A program made the translations under genes and the position numbers. The notes under the pieces were generated by a model. It was given only the letters and a program-made list of their open reading frames with translations. It searched no databases and was not told the origin of the DNA. A stretch of 64,000 bases of DNA from Myxococcota bacterium (GTDB lineage: Bacteria > Myxococcota_A > SURF-8). Position 1 is the first letter of the stretch, and each line of letters starts with the position of its first letter. The stretch spans positions 5,408,001 through 5,472,000 of the forward strand of contig OZ223209.1 in assembly GCA_965140415.1 (NCBI GenBank). The letters run 5' to 3'. Positions 19,546-30,388 of the stretch are shown in pieces.

Positions 19546-21312
19546 ATGGCGAAAGATAACAACAAGAATGAATCAGGAGCACGGTCCTTTTCAGTGCTGC
19601 TCCTCGATTCCATCCGGAAAGCCCACGAGTGTTTTCTGGCTACCGACGATTCGGGCGAGGTCTTTAAGTTTCTGCTGGAATCTCTCATCAGCCTGACGGA
19701 CAGCGAATACGGTTTTCTGGACGAGGTGCTGCGCGACGACAAGGGCGAGTTGTACAAACTGAGCCTCGCGCTATCCGATATTTCCTGGGACGACGACTCC
19801 CGGAAGCTCTACAACGATCTCATCGCCCGCAATCTGGAGTTTCGCAACCTGAGTGGCACTCCGGCGATGTCGGGCAAGCTGGTCATCGCCAACGACGCTC
19901 CGCATGACTCTCGATCCGGAGGTTTGCCCGCCGGGCATCCTTCCATTCTGGCATATATCGGCCTCCCTCTCTATTTCGGTGGGAAACTCGTAGGTGTGGC
20001 AGGCGTCGCCAACCGGCCCGGCGGTTACGATGAGAATCTGGCGAAGGAGTTAGAGCCGTTTCTTTCGACTTGCGCCAGTATGATCCATGCCATGCGTCAG
20101 CGCGAAAAGGAAAAAGCTCATTTTAAAGAAATCGAGAACGCCAACCAGACGATGAATGCCATTTTGAGAGCTTCTCCAGAGTCTTCCTTTCTGATCGACA
20201 CGAACGGCATCGTCCTGAACGGCAACGCTGTGTTCGCCGAACGGCTTGGCCGTTCCATCGATGAGTTGCTTGGAAAGAACGTCTTCGATTATTTGCCGGA
20301 GGGCATCGCAGAGAGCCGCAGAATAGTGGTAAATGAGGTTATTGAATCCGGCAAACCGATACAATTTGAAGAAACGAGAAACGACCGGATCTTTAGACAT
20401 CATATTTTTCCTATTCGTGATCATAGAGGAACCATCTACCGTTTGGCTATTTTCGTTACGGACATCACCGAACAGAAGCGTTCTGAGCAGGCGCTTCAAG
20501 AAAGTGCAAACACCTTTCGTAGCATATTCGAAGATTCTCCCATATTGATGAGTCTAAGTTCTATAGAAGATGGTCGATACACCGATGTAAATCGCACCTT
20601 TCTGGCCTCTACCGGTTTTCATCGAGATCAGGTTATTGGAAAAACCTCAACAGAGATCGGTTTCATAAACAAAGTGGATCGTGAAGAGTTAAAAAAGAAA
20701 ATCATCGAAGAAGGAAGCATTTACAACTGGGAACTAGCATTACACAAGAAAAACGGCAATGCTATGGCTTGCCTATATTCGGCAACACTCGTGCAAGATG
20801 GAGAAGATCAGCGGATTCTTTCGCTGGCTATCGATATAACAGAAAAGAAGAACCTTGAAAAAAGTATTGAAGAGAGCCGACAACATCTAATGAATGCCAA
20901 TCTAGCCTTGGAGCAAAAGAACATCGCACTTCAAGAGTTGATGAATCAAATCCAGGAAAAACAGAACCACCTTGAGAACGACATTGAGATCAACATCGAA
21001 AAGCTGATTCGTCCACTACTTCGTCAACTGGCAGAACAATCTTCGGATACCACGGGCCCACTTATCGAATTGCTTGAAGACAATCTTGAGAAACTAACCT
21101 CATCGAAAAGCGCCAAACTTGCTGCCCGCATGCAGGGACTCAGCAAACGTGAGGTTGAAATCTGCAACTACATTCGAGCGGGAAAAACCACCAGGCAGAT
21201 TGCCCAAATTCTCCACATTTCCCCTCACAGTGTAGATAACCACCGACTAAGTATTCGAAAAAAATTAGGTGTTACCGGCAAACACATTTCGCTCAACTCC
21301 TTATTTAAATAG
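19546..21312 (+). CDS. GAF-PAS-PAS sensor with C-terminal LuxR-type HTH
   Basis: GAF (GGLPAGHP..GVAGVANRPGGYD), two PAS/PAC modules, and LSKREVEIC..GKTTRQIA..HRLSIRKKLG. Confidence 0.9.
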   Translation: MAKDNNKNESGARSFSVLLLDSIRKAHECFLATDDSGEVFKFLLESLISLTDSEYGFLDEVLRDDKGELYKLSLALSDISWDDDSRKLYNDLIARNLEFRNLSGTPAMSGKLVIANDAPHDSRSGGLPAGHPSILAYIGLPLYFGGKLVGVAGVANRPGGYDENLAKELEPFLSTCASMIHAMRQREKEKAHFKEIENANQTMNAILRASPESSFLIDTNGIVLNGNAVFAERLGRSIDELLGKNVFDYLPEGIAESRRIVVNEVIESGKPIQFEETRNDRIFRHHIFPIRDHRGTIYRLAIFVTDITEQKRSEQALQESANTFRSIFEDSPILMSLSSIEDGRYTDVNRTFLASTGFHRDQVIGKTSTEIGFINKVDREELKKKIIEEGSIYNWELALHKKNGNAMACLYSATLVQDGEDQRILSLAIDITEKKNLEKSIEESRQHLMNANLALEQKNIALQELMNQIQEKQNHLENDIEINIEKLIRPLLRQLAEQSSDTTGPLIELLEDNLEKLTSSKSAKLAARMQGLSKREVEICNYIRAGKTTRQIAQILHISPHSVDNHRLSIRKKLGVTGKHISLNSLFK

Positions 21313-21366
21313 TACCCTAATACACTGTTATACTATCTTAATACCCCCTCAAAATAATAGTTATTA

Positions 21367-21396
21367 TGCCTAATAAAATTGTGCCTAATAAAATTG
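21367..21396. repeat. Perfect 15-bp tandem duplication upstream of the kinase gene
   Basis: TGCCTAATAAAATTG twice. Confidence 0.8.
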
Positions 21397-21473
21397 GTTG
21401 TTGATTTTTCCTGTTAAACAAGGGATTATATATAGTTTTTAGAGGGTTGCACACAGTTTGAGGGGAATATCCC

Positions 21474-24400
21474 ATGTCCAATATGGATCATGATCGTTCT
21501 GCTGAGATCCTGCAGCATCTTTCCGATGCCGCCATCTTAACCGATACCGATTATCGGGTCATCTATTGGAATCCTGGCGCAGAGGCTCTTTACGGTATTC
21601 GAGCCGACGAAGCCAAGGGGCGACCGATCGCAGATCTGATAGATGTTCTCGACAAGCCACAGGATCGGGAGAATGTTCGGCATCACGTTGTGAGCGAAGG
21701 CCGATGGCGCGGCCATGCCCGGCACAAACCCAAAGGCGGGGAACCGATCTGGGTGGACTGGTCGGTTTCAACCTTCGATCTTGAAGGTCAGGCCAAAGGC
21801 TATCTGGCGATCACCCGTGATATCACCGAACATAAGAAACAGGATGACCGCACCGAACATCTGAACGCTTCGTTGCAAGCCATCCGCAAAGTTAACCAAC
21901 TGATCACCAAGGAAAACGATCCCGAAGAATTGATCCGTAAAGCCTGTGAATGTTTGACGGAGACGCTCGGCTACTTCAATGCCTGGATTGCATGCTTCGA
22001 TGAGAAAAAACGTCTTACAACGGTAAAAGAATCGGGGGTGGGCGATCATTTCGCCCCCCTGTTGGACGAGATGCAACAAGGAAAGCTCACCCGGTGCGCC
22101 AAACGTGTGATGGATGGCGGCATGGTGGTGGTGGATGACCCCCACGTCGAATGTGAGGATTGCCCGCTTTCCAAAATGTATTCGGGGCGCTCAGCATACA
22201 GTGCCGGATTGCGCAGAAACGGAAGTTTCTATGGAATGTTGTCTGTTTCCATACCCGCCGCATATGCTGAAGATGAGGAGGAGAAAGCGCTTTTTCAGGA
22301 GGTCGCGGATGATCTGAGCTTCGCGCTCTATCGCCTGGAAATGGAAGCGGAAAGAAACCTCAAACAAAAACAGTTGAAAGAGGCGACGCAGGTAATCGAG
22401 GGTAGCCCCCTTGTTCTTTTCCACTGGCGAAATGAAGAGGGCTGGCCGGTTGAATTTGTGAGCGCAAATATCGAACGCATTTTCGGGTACGCCCCCGAAC
22501 GTTTTTTGTCAGGAGAACTTCCTTATTCTGACATAATTCATCCGGACGATTTGGATAGGGTTACGAATGAGGTCGCCCGATATGTCGGTGACAAAACCGT
22601 CAGCGAATTCACGCATGAATCGTACCGAATTATTAATGCGAAAGGGGAAATTCTCTATTTGCACGATCGTACATACATTGATCGTGATGAAGACGGCCAT
22701 GCGAAGCATTTTCGCGGTGTGATTCTCGATGTCACCGAGGAGAAGCGGCTTGAATCACATTACAAAGCATTGGTTGAAAACAGTGTTGATTGCATCAAGC
22801 TGCTTGACCTCGAAGGGCATCTGGAATTTATGAGTCTGGGTGGCCAGAAACTGTTGGAAATCGACGATGTCCAGTCGTTCTATGGACAATCGTGGATTGA
22901 ATTCTGGAAAGAGGAAGATCAGGCAAGGATTCGCCAAGTGGTAGCGATGGCGGCGCAAGGAGAAATCGGTTCATTCGAGGCCTATTGCCCGACGGTTACG
23001 GGAAAACAAAAATGGTGGCATGTTATTGTTTCTCCAATTGTCGATTCCGATTCAAGAGTAATAAAATTGCTGTCGGTCAGTCGGGATATCACCGCGCAAA
23101 AACAGACGGAATCCGAATTGCATAGCCAGTACGAAATGATGCGCAGCATCACGACCGCCAGCCCGATCGGAATCAGTGTTGTAGGTACCGATGGACGAAT
23201 CAGCTTCTCAAATGAATCAGCGGAAAAGCTTTTACATCTTACCCAAGACGAAATATCGAAAAGAAGCTATAATGATCCAAAATGGAAAATCTGCACCATT
23301 GATGGGGGGCACTTCCCGGAGGAAGACCTTCCCTTCAACCGAGTTATGCAGGCGGGTGAAGCTGTGTTCGATGTTCAGCATGGGATCGAAACGCCCGATG
23401 GCCAGAGAATGATTCTGTCAATTAACGCCGCACCAATGAAGGATCAGGCCGGGGATATCACAGGCATGGTCGCCTTCATGACCGACATCACCGAGCAATT
23501 GGCGAAGGATAAACAAATACAGGAAAGTGAAGCCCGCTATCGTTCACTTTTTGAGCAAGCGTCGGAACCGATTGTCGTGGTTTCTCAAGACGGAACGATT
23601 CTTGACCATAATCAACAAAAAAGCCCCTTGGGGTTTGAACGTGAGGAGATGATCGGACGAAAGTTCTTTGAATTGGGCGTTGAAGGAATTGACCAGCTTC
23701 AAGACAGATTTCGCAATGTCATCGACGGAGACACGGAGCCTTTTGACGTTGAGCTTGGAACGAAAACAGGTGAAAAGATCTGGTTGGAGATCTATCCTTC
23801 TGCTGTAAGAGAAGGTAATCAAATCACACTGCGGTTCTCCATTCGAGATATCACACAAAGTAAACGTGTGGATGAACGTATCCAAAAAGCCATGGATCAA
23901 GCCAATACCAGAACGCACGAGTTGGAATCCCTGCTTGAAAGCGCAAAGGTCGTGCTCGAAAATGACGAATTTCCAACAACCGCCCGGAAAATTTTCGATG
24001 CGACACGGAAGATGACCGGAGCTCAATCCGGATATGTCGCTCTTTTAAGCGATGATGGGCACGAGAACGAAGTCCTGTTCCTGGAATCGGGCGGTCTGCC
24101 TTGCACGGTTGATCCCAATCTGCCCATGCCCGTTCGTGGTTTGCGGGCGGAAGCCTACAAATCGGGTCAAGTTGCCTGTCACAACGATTTCATGAACAGC
24201 AAATGGGCAAAGTTCATGCCCGGCGGACATGTTGATCTCAGAAATGTCATGTTTTCGCCTTTGAATATCGAAGGGAAAACAGTCGGGATCATGGGACTTG
24301 CCAACAAAGATGGAGATTTCACAGAGGATGATCAGCGAATCGCCGCAGCTTTCGGACAGCTTGCGGCGATGGCATTACAAAACAGTCGGCATCTGGACCA

Positions 24401-26354
24401 ACTCACTGAGAACGAGCAAGAGTTACGTCAATTGGAGAAACGTTCCAGCGCCCTGGTCGATCATTCACCTGTGTGTCATAAAATCGTGGATCTTGATTTT
24501 AACCTCCAGTACATGAGTGCAAACGGTTTCCGGATGCTGAAAATGGAGCAGAACGACGAATATTACGGCAAACCATATCCGTTTGACTTCTTTCCAGAGT
24601 CAAGCCGCGAGGAGTTGAGCGCCAGTCTTTTAGAAGCCAGAGATACAAAGAAGGTTAAAACCCTGGAGTCATTAGCAAGCGATGCAGAGGGGAACGCCGT
24701 TTGGCTGCATCATAGCATAATTCCTGTCTTCAATGACGACGGTTTCATCCACTACATCACGGCAGTCTCGGCGGACATTACCGAGCGCAAGCAAATGGAA
24801 GAACAGATACTCGACCAGCGGCGTGAACTTGAACTGGTTGTGAATGCGACGTCGGATGCCATCTGGAGTTGGGATTTCCGAAACAATCAACTGACCTTCA
24901 GCCCCAGCTATTACACCATGCTCGGTTATGAACCGGATGAGTTTCCGGCGGATTATGAAAACTGGGTGAAGCGAATCCATCCGGACGATCTGGATCAGGC
25001 TCTTGCCGTGGCGAATGAATATCTGCAAACGAAACCCGACGATTATCATAATGAATTCAGAATGCTGACCAAAGATGGCTCGTATCGATGGATCATGACC
25101 TTTGCCAAAGTTGTGGAGCGTGATGAGAACGGTGAAGCCGTTCGCTTGATCGGTAACCATCAGGATATCACTGAGCGCAAGGATATAGAAGAAAAGAAAA
25201 AAGCGGTGGAAGAGCAATTTCATCAGGCTCAGAAAATGGAATCCGTCGGACGCCTTGCAGGTGGCGTCGCGCACGATTTCAACAACCTTCTTACAGGCAT
25301 CACGGGCAATGTGTCCCTGGCGCTGATGGATCTTCCCGAAGGCGATCCGTTGCGTGAAACCCTGGAGGAAATCAATCAGGCCGCGGATAGCGCAGCAACG
25401 CTAACTCGACAGCTTTTGGCCTTTTCCAGAAAGCAGTTGATTGCGCCAAAGGTCGTGAATCTTAATCAGCTTATCGACCGTTCTTATAAAATGCTGCGTC
25501 GCCTTATCGGCGAGGATATTGATCTGGTTTTTCGGCCCGAGCAAAAGCTTAGACAAACCAAAGTCGATCCGGGGCAACTGGAGCAGGTTCTCGTCAATCT
25601 GGCGGTCAATGCCAGAGACGCCATGCCTGATGGCGGTAAGCTGACCTTGGAGACCGAAAATGTAACGCTGGACGACTCGTACTGCAGGTTGCACGCGCAC
25701 GCCTTACCTGGTGAGTATGTAATGATAGCCGTTTCCGATAACGGTATCGGTATGGATGAAAAGGTTCGGGAACATCTGTTCGAGCCGTTTTTCACGACAA
25801 AACCCAAAGACAAAGGTACGGGTCTCGGCCTGGCAACCGTCTATGGAACGATCAAACAGAGCGGGGGCAATATCGAAGTCTATTCCGAACCGGGCGAAGG
25901 GACGACTTTTAAGGTATATTTCCCGACAGTCGAAGCGGAAGCGGAGACCATTGACAGACCGGCGATGTGGGACGATTTGCCGAATGGTACGGAAACCGTT
26001 CTCGTCGTCGAAGACGAGCGCATGGTGCGGAATATAGCGGTGAAGATTCTTACGCGCCAAGGCTACACGGTCATTGCAGCGGAAGACGGTCCCACTGCCC
26101 TACAAATGGCCGAAAACCCGGAATCCAACATCGACCTTCTCATGACCGATATCATTATGCCCGGTATGAACGGTCGCGAACTGTCAATTAAGCTTGAATC
26201 CAAGATACCAAACTTGAAAACACTCTATACCTCCGGATACACCGAAAACGCCATAGCCCATCACGGTGTGCTGGATGAAGGCGTCAACTTCATCGGCAAG
26301 CCCTATACCCCGCAGGCGCTGGCCAAGAAATTGCGGGAAGTGCTGGATGGGTAG
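21474..26354 (+). CDS. Hybrid sensor histidine kinase (about 7 PAS, 2 GAF, HisKA, HATPase, REC)
   Basis: [11 protein letters not shown]-box, [22 protein letters not shown], and receiver [13 protein letters not shown]. Confidence 0.95.
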   Translation: MSNMDHDRSAEILQHLSDAAILTDTDYRVIYWNPGAEALYGIRADEAKGRPIADLIDVLDKPQDRENVRHHVVSEGRWRGHARHKPKGGEPIWVDWSVSTFDLEGQAKGYLAITRDITEHKKQDDRTEHLNASLQAIRKVNQLITKENDPEELIRKACECLTETLGYFNAWIACFDEKKRLTTVKESGVGDHFAPLLDEMQQGKLTRCAKRVMDGGMVVVDDPHVECEDCPLSKMYSGRSAYSAGLRRNGSFYGMLSVSIPAAYAEDEEEKALFQEVADDLSFALYRLEMEAERNLKQKQLKEATQVIEGSPLVLFHWRNEEGWPVEFVSANIERIFGYAPERFLSGELPYSDIIHPDDLDRVTNEVARYVGDKTVSEFTHESYRIINAKGEILYLHDRTYIDRDEDGHAKHFRGVILDVTEEKRLESHYKALVENSVDCIKLLDLEGHLEFMSLGGQKLLEIDDVQSFYGQSWIEFWKEEDQARIRQVVAMAAQGEIGSFEAYCPTVTGKQKWWHVIVSPIVDSDSRVIKLLSVSRDITAQKQTESELHSQYEMMRSITTASPIGISVVGTDGRISFSNESAEKLLHLTQDEISKRSYNDPKWKICTIDGGHFPEEDLPFNRVMQAGEAVFDVQHGIETPDGQRMILSINAAPMKDQAGDITGMVAFMTDITEQLAKDKQIQESEARYRSLFEQASEPIVVVSQDGTILDHNQQKSPLGFEREEMIGRKFFELGVEGIDQLQDRFRNVIDGDTEPFDVELGTKTGEKIWLEIYPSAVREGNQITLRFSIRDITQSKRVDERIQKAMDQANTRTHELESLLESAKVVLENDEFPTTARKIFDATRKMTGAQSGYVALLSDDGHENEVLFLESGGLPCTVDPNLPMPVRGLRAEAYKSGQVACHNDFMNSKWAKFMPGGHVDLRNVMFSPLNIEGKTVGIMGLANKDGDFTEDDQRIAAAFGQLAAMALQNSRHLDQLTENEQELRQLEKRSSALVDHSPVCHKIVDLDFNLQYMSANGFRMLKMEQNDEYYGKPYPFDFFPESSREELSASLLEARDTKKVKTLESLASDAEGNAVWLHHSIIPVFNDDGFIHYITAVSADITERKQMEEQILDQRRELELVVNATSDAIWSWDFRNNQLTFSPSYYTMLGYEPDEFPADYENWVKRIHPDDLDQALAVANEYLQTKPDDYHNEFRMLTKDGSYRWIMTFAKVVERDENGEAVRLIGNHQDITERKDIEEKKKAVEEQFHQAQKMESVGRLAGGVAHDFNNLLTGITGNVSLALMDLPEGDPLRETLEEINQAADSAATLTRQLLAFSRKQLIAPKVVNLNQLIDRSYKMLRRLIGEDIDLVFRPEQKLRQTKVDPGQLEQVLVNLAVNARDAMPDGGKLTLETENVTLDDSYCRLHAHALPGEYVMIAVSDNGIGMDEKVREHLFEPFFTTKPKDKGTGLGLATVYGTIKQSGGNIEVYSEPGEGTTFKVYFPTVEAEAETIDRPAMWDDLPNGTETVLVVEDERMVRNIAVKILTRQGYTVIAAEDGPTALQMAENPESNIDLLMTDIIMPGMNGRELSIKLESKIPNLKTLYTSGYTENAIAHHGVLDEGVNFIGKPYTPQALAKKLREVLDG

Positions 26355-26391
26355 TTATAATAGTCTTTATTGTCGATGAATGCTTGGAATC

Positions 26392-27090
26392 ATGAAAAAT
26401 CGAGATCAAAAAGGAAATCCTGAATTGGGAGAACTATCGAGAAGTGTTTTGGATATCGGCCATGACTTGAACAACAAGCTTGCGGCCATGGTCGGCAGTC
26501 TTGAGGTGCTTCGTTTGGATCAGGATATCGAGAATCGTGATGCAGTTGAGGAAATATTATCCGTAGGCCGGAACGCCAGACAGCTTGTTACCAAACTGAT
26601 GGAGCTTGCTCGCGATAATTCGACTGAAAACCGAGATGCTAGATTACGAAGCAAGCCTATGGAAGTACAACCAGCCCAGGCAACTGACCGATACTTGAAT
26701 TTGGAGGATTGTCCCAGGGGCACGGAAAAAATCCTACTCGTGGATGACGATATTTCCTTTCTGCGGGCACAGAGTAAACAGCTTCTCAGACTTGGATATC
26801 ATGTAACAATCAGCCAAAATGGACAGGATGCATTTGAAAAATTATCAGCAGATCCGGAACGATATGCCCTTGTTATTACGGATCAGGCAATGCCTGAAAT
26901 GACGGGTCTGGAATTGGCGGAAAAAGTCGCAAATGTGAATTCTTCACAGAAAATGATGATGTTGACAGGAATGACTCCTTCCGAACTTTATGACAGATTT
27001 CATGATGCAGGATTCAGAAGAATCCTTCAAAAACCTATTGATATAGTTGAATTAACTAAACAAATTCGAGCCGAGCTTGACGACCGATGA
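26392..27090 (+). CDS. HisKA-like helix pair fused to a receiver domain (no ATPase domain)
   Basis: IGHDLNNKL followed after a short linker by ILLVDDD..ITDQAMPEMTG..KP. Confidence 0.8.
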   Translation: MKNRDQKGNPELGELSRSVLDIGHDLNNKLAAMVGSLEVLRLDQDIENRDAVEEILSVGRNARQLVTKLMELARDNSTENRDARLRSKPMEVQPAQATDRYLNLEDCPRGTEKILLVDDDISFLRAQSKQLLRLGYHVTISQNGQDAFEKLSADPERYALVITDQAMPEMTGLELAEKVANVNSSQKMMMLTGMTPSELYDRFHDAGFRRILQKPIDIVELTKQIRAELDDR

Positions 27091-27106
27091 TCGTAGGAAA
27101 ACACAG

Positions 27107-28504
27107 ATGAGTGATGTCCTGATAATCGATGATGATGCTGACTATTGTGGCATGCTGGCTGAAATCATTCAACAGGCCGGACATGGTGTTTCTATTGCGT
27201 ATTCAGGCAAAGATGGCCTGAGTAAAGCGATTGAGGATGAATATGATGTCGTCTTTCTCGACATCAAACTGCCCGATGGATCCGGACTGGACATCCTTCC
27301 TAGTATTCAGCAGGCGGCTAATGCCGCCGAGGTCATTATCATTTCGGGATATGGAGACGAGCAAAGCGCTAAAATAGCCATTACCAGTGGAGCATGGGAC
27401 TTTATAGGAAAACAGAGTTCAAGCCAAACAATACTGCTTTCTTTAAAACGTGCTTTGCAATACCGACAAAGCAAACGAAAAACAGAACAAAAAGCGGCCT
27501 TTCATGCTCCGGACATTATCGGTGGTTCTGCACCTTTGAAAGCCAGTTTAGAATTCGCCGCACAGGCTTCGCACGGTGATGTAAGCACATTGATCACAGG
27601 TGAAACAGGAACCGGTAAAGAGCTTTTCGCAAGATGCATCCATGAAAACAGCGAAAGAAATGACAAACCTTTCGTTGTTGTCGATTGTGCTTCTCTGCCA
27701 GAAAGTCTTGTAGGAAGTATTCTTTTTGGGCATGAAAAGGGAGCCTTTACCGGAGCCGAGAATCGAAAAGCCGGTTTGATCAAACAGGCGGATGGAGGAA
27801 CGCTCTTTCTCGATGAAATCGGCGAGATGCCGCTCGACCTACAGAAATCCTTTTTGCGCGTAATTCAGGAACACCGTTTCCGACCCATCGGTTCACAAGA
27901 AGAAATCGGCAGCAATTTCAGGTTAATATCCGCTACGAATAGAAATCTGGATGAACTGTCACAGAGGGGAGCCTTTCGCTCTGATTTGCTGTTTCGAATT
28001 AGAGCTTTAACGGTTGCGCTACCACCGTTACGCATTCGAATGGAAGATCTAAAACTTCTTGTCTGTCATTTTGTTTCTACGGAATGTCGCCTTCGAGGCA
28101 AAGAGATAAAGGGGACTTCGGAATGCTTTCATGAAGCATTGGAACTATACCAATGGCCAGGCAATATTCGCGAACTCTACAACGCCATATCTGGAGCGGT
28201 GGCGATAGCGGAGTCGGAGCCTGTACTTTATGCCAAGCATCTACCCAGTAATATCAGGGTTTCTGTCGTTCAGGCTTCTGTTTTTAGTAATGAAGGTTCG
28301 CCATTCGAACAACCACATTTCGAGAAAACCGAATCAAACAACCTGGGCACGATTAAGGAAGAAAGAGAGCATTTTGAATTTTGGTACATGACTAGGCTTA
28401 TTAAAGTGTCCAATGGCAAAATCGAAACAGCTTGTGCTCTTTCCGGTTTATCTCGCACCCATGTTTATGCGATGCTTAAGAAGTACAACCTCAACCTGAA
28501 GTAG
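27107..28504 (+). CDS. Sigma-54-dependent response regulator (NtrC family)
   Basis: REC domain, GETGTGKE, GAFTGA, LFLDEIGE, WPGNIREL and a Fis-like HTH. Confidence 0.95.
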   Translation: MSDVLIIDDDADYCGMLAEIIQQAGHGVSIAYSGKDGLSKAIEDEYDVVFLDIKLPDGSGLDILPSIQQAANAAEVIIISGYGDEQSAKIAITSGAWDFIGKQSSSQTILLSLKRALQYRQSKRKTEQKAAFHAPDIIGGSAPLKASLEFAAQASHGDVSTLITGETGTGKELFARCIHENSERNDKPFVVVDCASLPESLVGSILFGHEKGAFTGAENRKAGLIKQADGGTLFLDEIGEMPLDLQKSFLRVIQEHRFRPIGSQEEIGSNFRLISATNRNLDELSQRGAFRSDLLFRIRALTVALPPLRIRMEDLKLLVCHFVSTECRLRGKEIKGTSECFHEALELYQWPGNIRELYNAISGAVAIAESEPVLYAKHLPSNIRVSVVQASVFSNEGSPFEQPHFEKTESNNLGTIKEEREHFEFWYMTRLIKVSNGKIETACALSGLSRTHVYAMLKKYNLNLK

Positions 28505-28539
28505 GTCATTCACCCTAAATCCCGATCCATCATAGATTC

Positions 28540-29056
28540 CCCCGGGCAAGCCCGGGGTTCTTACCGTTACAGCTTCATGCGAAGCTGACCTGAATCCTGG
28601 CGTCCCTGGTGTTCCACATAGTTCTTAATCGTGTCTTCGTCGATGCCTACACTGCTGACAAAGTATCCCGGCGACCAGACAATGTTTTCTTTCCAATACA
28701 CCTTTGATAACCATTTGAAAGTCTTGCGCATATGGGACGACGATTGGCTCTTCAATCTGCTCATCACCTCGGCAATGCTGTATTTCGGAGGAATTACCAT
28801 CACCATGTGCAAATGATCCTGATCAAAGCCAATCGTCTCGATCATAACGCCGGGCATACTTCGCAGCAACTTCGGCAGAACGTTGCGCAAATAACCGCAG
28901 ACGTCAGGCTTCAGGATCCGGCGGCGGTATTTGCAGGCCCACACAACATGGTATTGGAGGCAATAGACACTGTGCGCTGTTTTGATGCATTCCATATCTC
29001 CATTATACCACCGCCGGGCTCATTCATCCACAGGCAAGCCCGTGGTATTCTGTCAA
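28540..29056. mobile_element. IS200/IS605-family element, tnpA only
   Basis: Subterminal hairpins CCCCGGGC-AA-GCCCGGGG (28540-28557) and CCACAGGC-AA-GCCCGTGG (29028-29045) flank tnpA; exact ends are uncertain. Confidence 0.85.
28567..28995 (-). CDS. tnpA: IS200/IS605 Y1 (HUH) transposase
   Basis: YHVVWACKYRR, DHLH (HUH), WSPGYFVSSVG and IKNYVEHQ. Confidence 0.95.
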   Translation of the reverse strand: MECIKTAHSVYCLQYHVVWACKYRRRILKPDVCGYLRNVLPKLLRSMPGVMIETIGFDQDHLHMVMVIPPKYSIAEVMSRLKSQSSSHMRKTFKWLSKVYWKENIVWSPGYFVSSVGIDEDTIKNYVEHQGRQDSGQLRMKL

Positions 29057-29109
29057 GGACCGCATAAAGATCCTGTTTTTCCTACATTCAAGTCTTGCTT
29101 ATCGAACGA

Positions 29110-29125
29110 GTCCGAAATATCGGAC
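29110..29125. promoter_or_regulatory. Palindromic putative upstream activator site
   Basis: GTCCGA-AATA-TCGGAC, about 110 bp upstream of the sigma-54 motif. Confidence 0.5.
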
Positions 29126-29233
29126 AGATTTTTCGTACAGCACCTGAGCAAAAGCTTTCCACCCACAAGTTGCCATCATAATAACCACTGCATATTCATG
29201 GTGTTACTCTGATCACACTCGGATTGGGGAAGT

Positions 29234-29249
29234 TGGCAACATACTTGCA
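29234..29249 (+). promoter_or_regulatory. Sigma-54 (-24/-12) promoter
   Basis: TGGCAACATACTTGCA has the GG-N10-GC spacing and lies upstream of the 29303-cheW-MCP genes. Confidence 0.75.
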
Positions 29250-29302
29250 ATTACAACATGCTAGCAAGTTTAAATGAATTGAATCGAGGGTAGAGGCCGC
29301 CA

Positions 29303-29671
29303 ATGAAGCTGTTGGTTTGGAACGAGAATCAAGAGAAGTATAAAGATCAGATACGTCATCTGATGTTGCAGCTTGGATTCGTGCAAGTGATACAAGTAGA
29401 TAATCTACAGGAATTTCATAAACAACTGCTTCAATTCCGTTCGGAGATAGAAATTATTCTGATCGCTCCAGCTTCAAAAAGCAGTCTTGAACAATTAATG
29501 GATATCCAGGAGCTTCTTGATGGGATTCGTTTAGTTGTTGCGCTACCCGATACCGCAACCGAAAGCTTAAATCTGGCATTGAAACTCTTCCCCAGGTACG
29601 TCTCTCAAGATGGTGATCCTCCGGGAAATATTGAATTGGTGCTATTGAACATGCTGCAACGAAAGTCATAG
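29303..29671 (+). CDS. Small hypothetical protein, possibly a degenerate receiver fold
   Basis: SD GAGG; alternating beta/alpha pattern without the DD/D/K receiver residues. Confidence 0.6.
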   Translation: MKLLVWNENQEKYKDQIRHLMLQLGFVQVIQVDNLQEFHKQLLQFRSEIEIILIAPASKSSLEQLMDIQELLDGIRLVVALPDTATESLNLALKLFPRYVSQDGDPPGNIELVLLNMLQRKS

Positions 29672-29786
29672 AGATGAATCAAAGGCGAGATGGTGAAGAA
29701 AGCACAAAATATACCCGCTGTTGATAACCACATATGTAGAGGACAGGCAGCGGAACAAAGACGTTGACCCTAAGACAGCAGAGGAA

Positions 29787-30335
29787 ATGAACATGAATCA
29801 AGAAGAAACAATGAACGAATCTGAACGACAGGAGGTCCAGAAAGTCAGTTTCGGTGATGCCTTGAAGGGCAAATACATGACCTTCAAGCTTGCCGAGGAG
29901 GCCTATGGTTTAGGCATTCTCAAGGTCAAAGAAATAATCGGCTACATGGATATCACCAAGGTCCCCAAGACTGAAAATTTCATGCGTGGCATCATCAATC
30001 TTCGGGGCAAAGTCATTCCGGTTATCGATCTGCGGCTGAAGTTCGGCATGGAAGAAATTGAACCAAACGAACAGACGGTCATCTTCGTTGCACAACTCCT
30101 TTATAAAGGTGATGAATTCACAATGGGTGTCATTGTCGATGAAGTGATGGAAGTGCTTGACATCCAGTCTGAACAAATTGAACCTCCGCCAAACTTTGGA
30201 ACCACTTCCATCAACACTGATTTTATCCTTGGTGTTGGAAAATCAGACGAGCGCGTGATTTTTCTTTTGGACATCAACAAAGTGTTAACGGGCGATGAAG
30301 TGAATTTGATCTCTTCCTCGCTGGAAGCTTCATAA
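29787..30335 (+). CDS. cheW: Chemotaxis coupling protein CheW
   Basis: [41 protein letters not shown]. Confidence 0.95.
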   Translation: MNMNQEETMNESERQEVQKVSFGDALKGKYMTFKLAEEAYGLGILKVKEIIGYMDITKVPKTENFMRGIINLRGKVIPVIDLRLKFGMEEIEPNEQTVIFVAQLLYKGDEFTMGVIVDEVMEVLDIQSEQIEPPPNFGTTSINTDFILGVGKSDERVIFLLDINKVLTGDEVNLISSSLEAS

Positions 30336-30388
30336 GCAGCTATTTGAAAGAAAACCTGACTGTTGGGAATGAACTTAAGGAGGGAAAA

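Noticed and set aside
28540-29056. TnpB/omega-RNA system associated with the IS200/IS605 element
   Set aside because: Only tnpA fits between the two hairpins; there is no tnpB.
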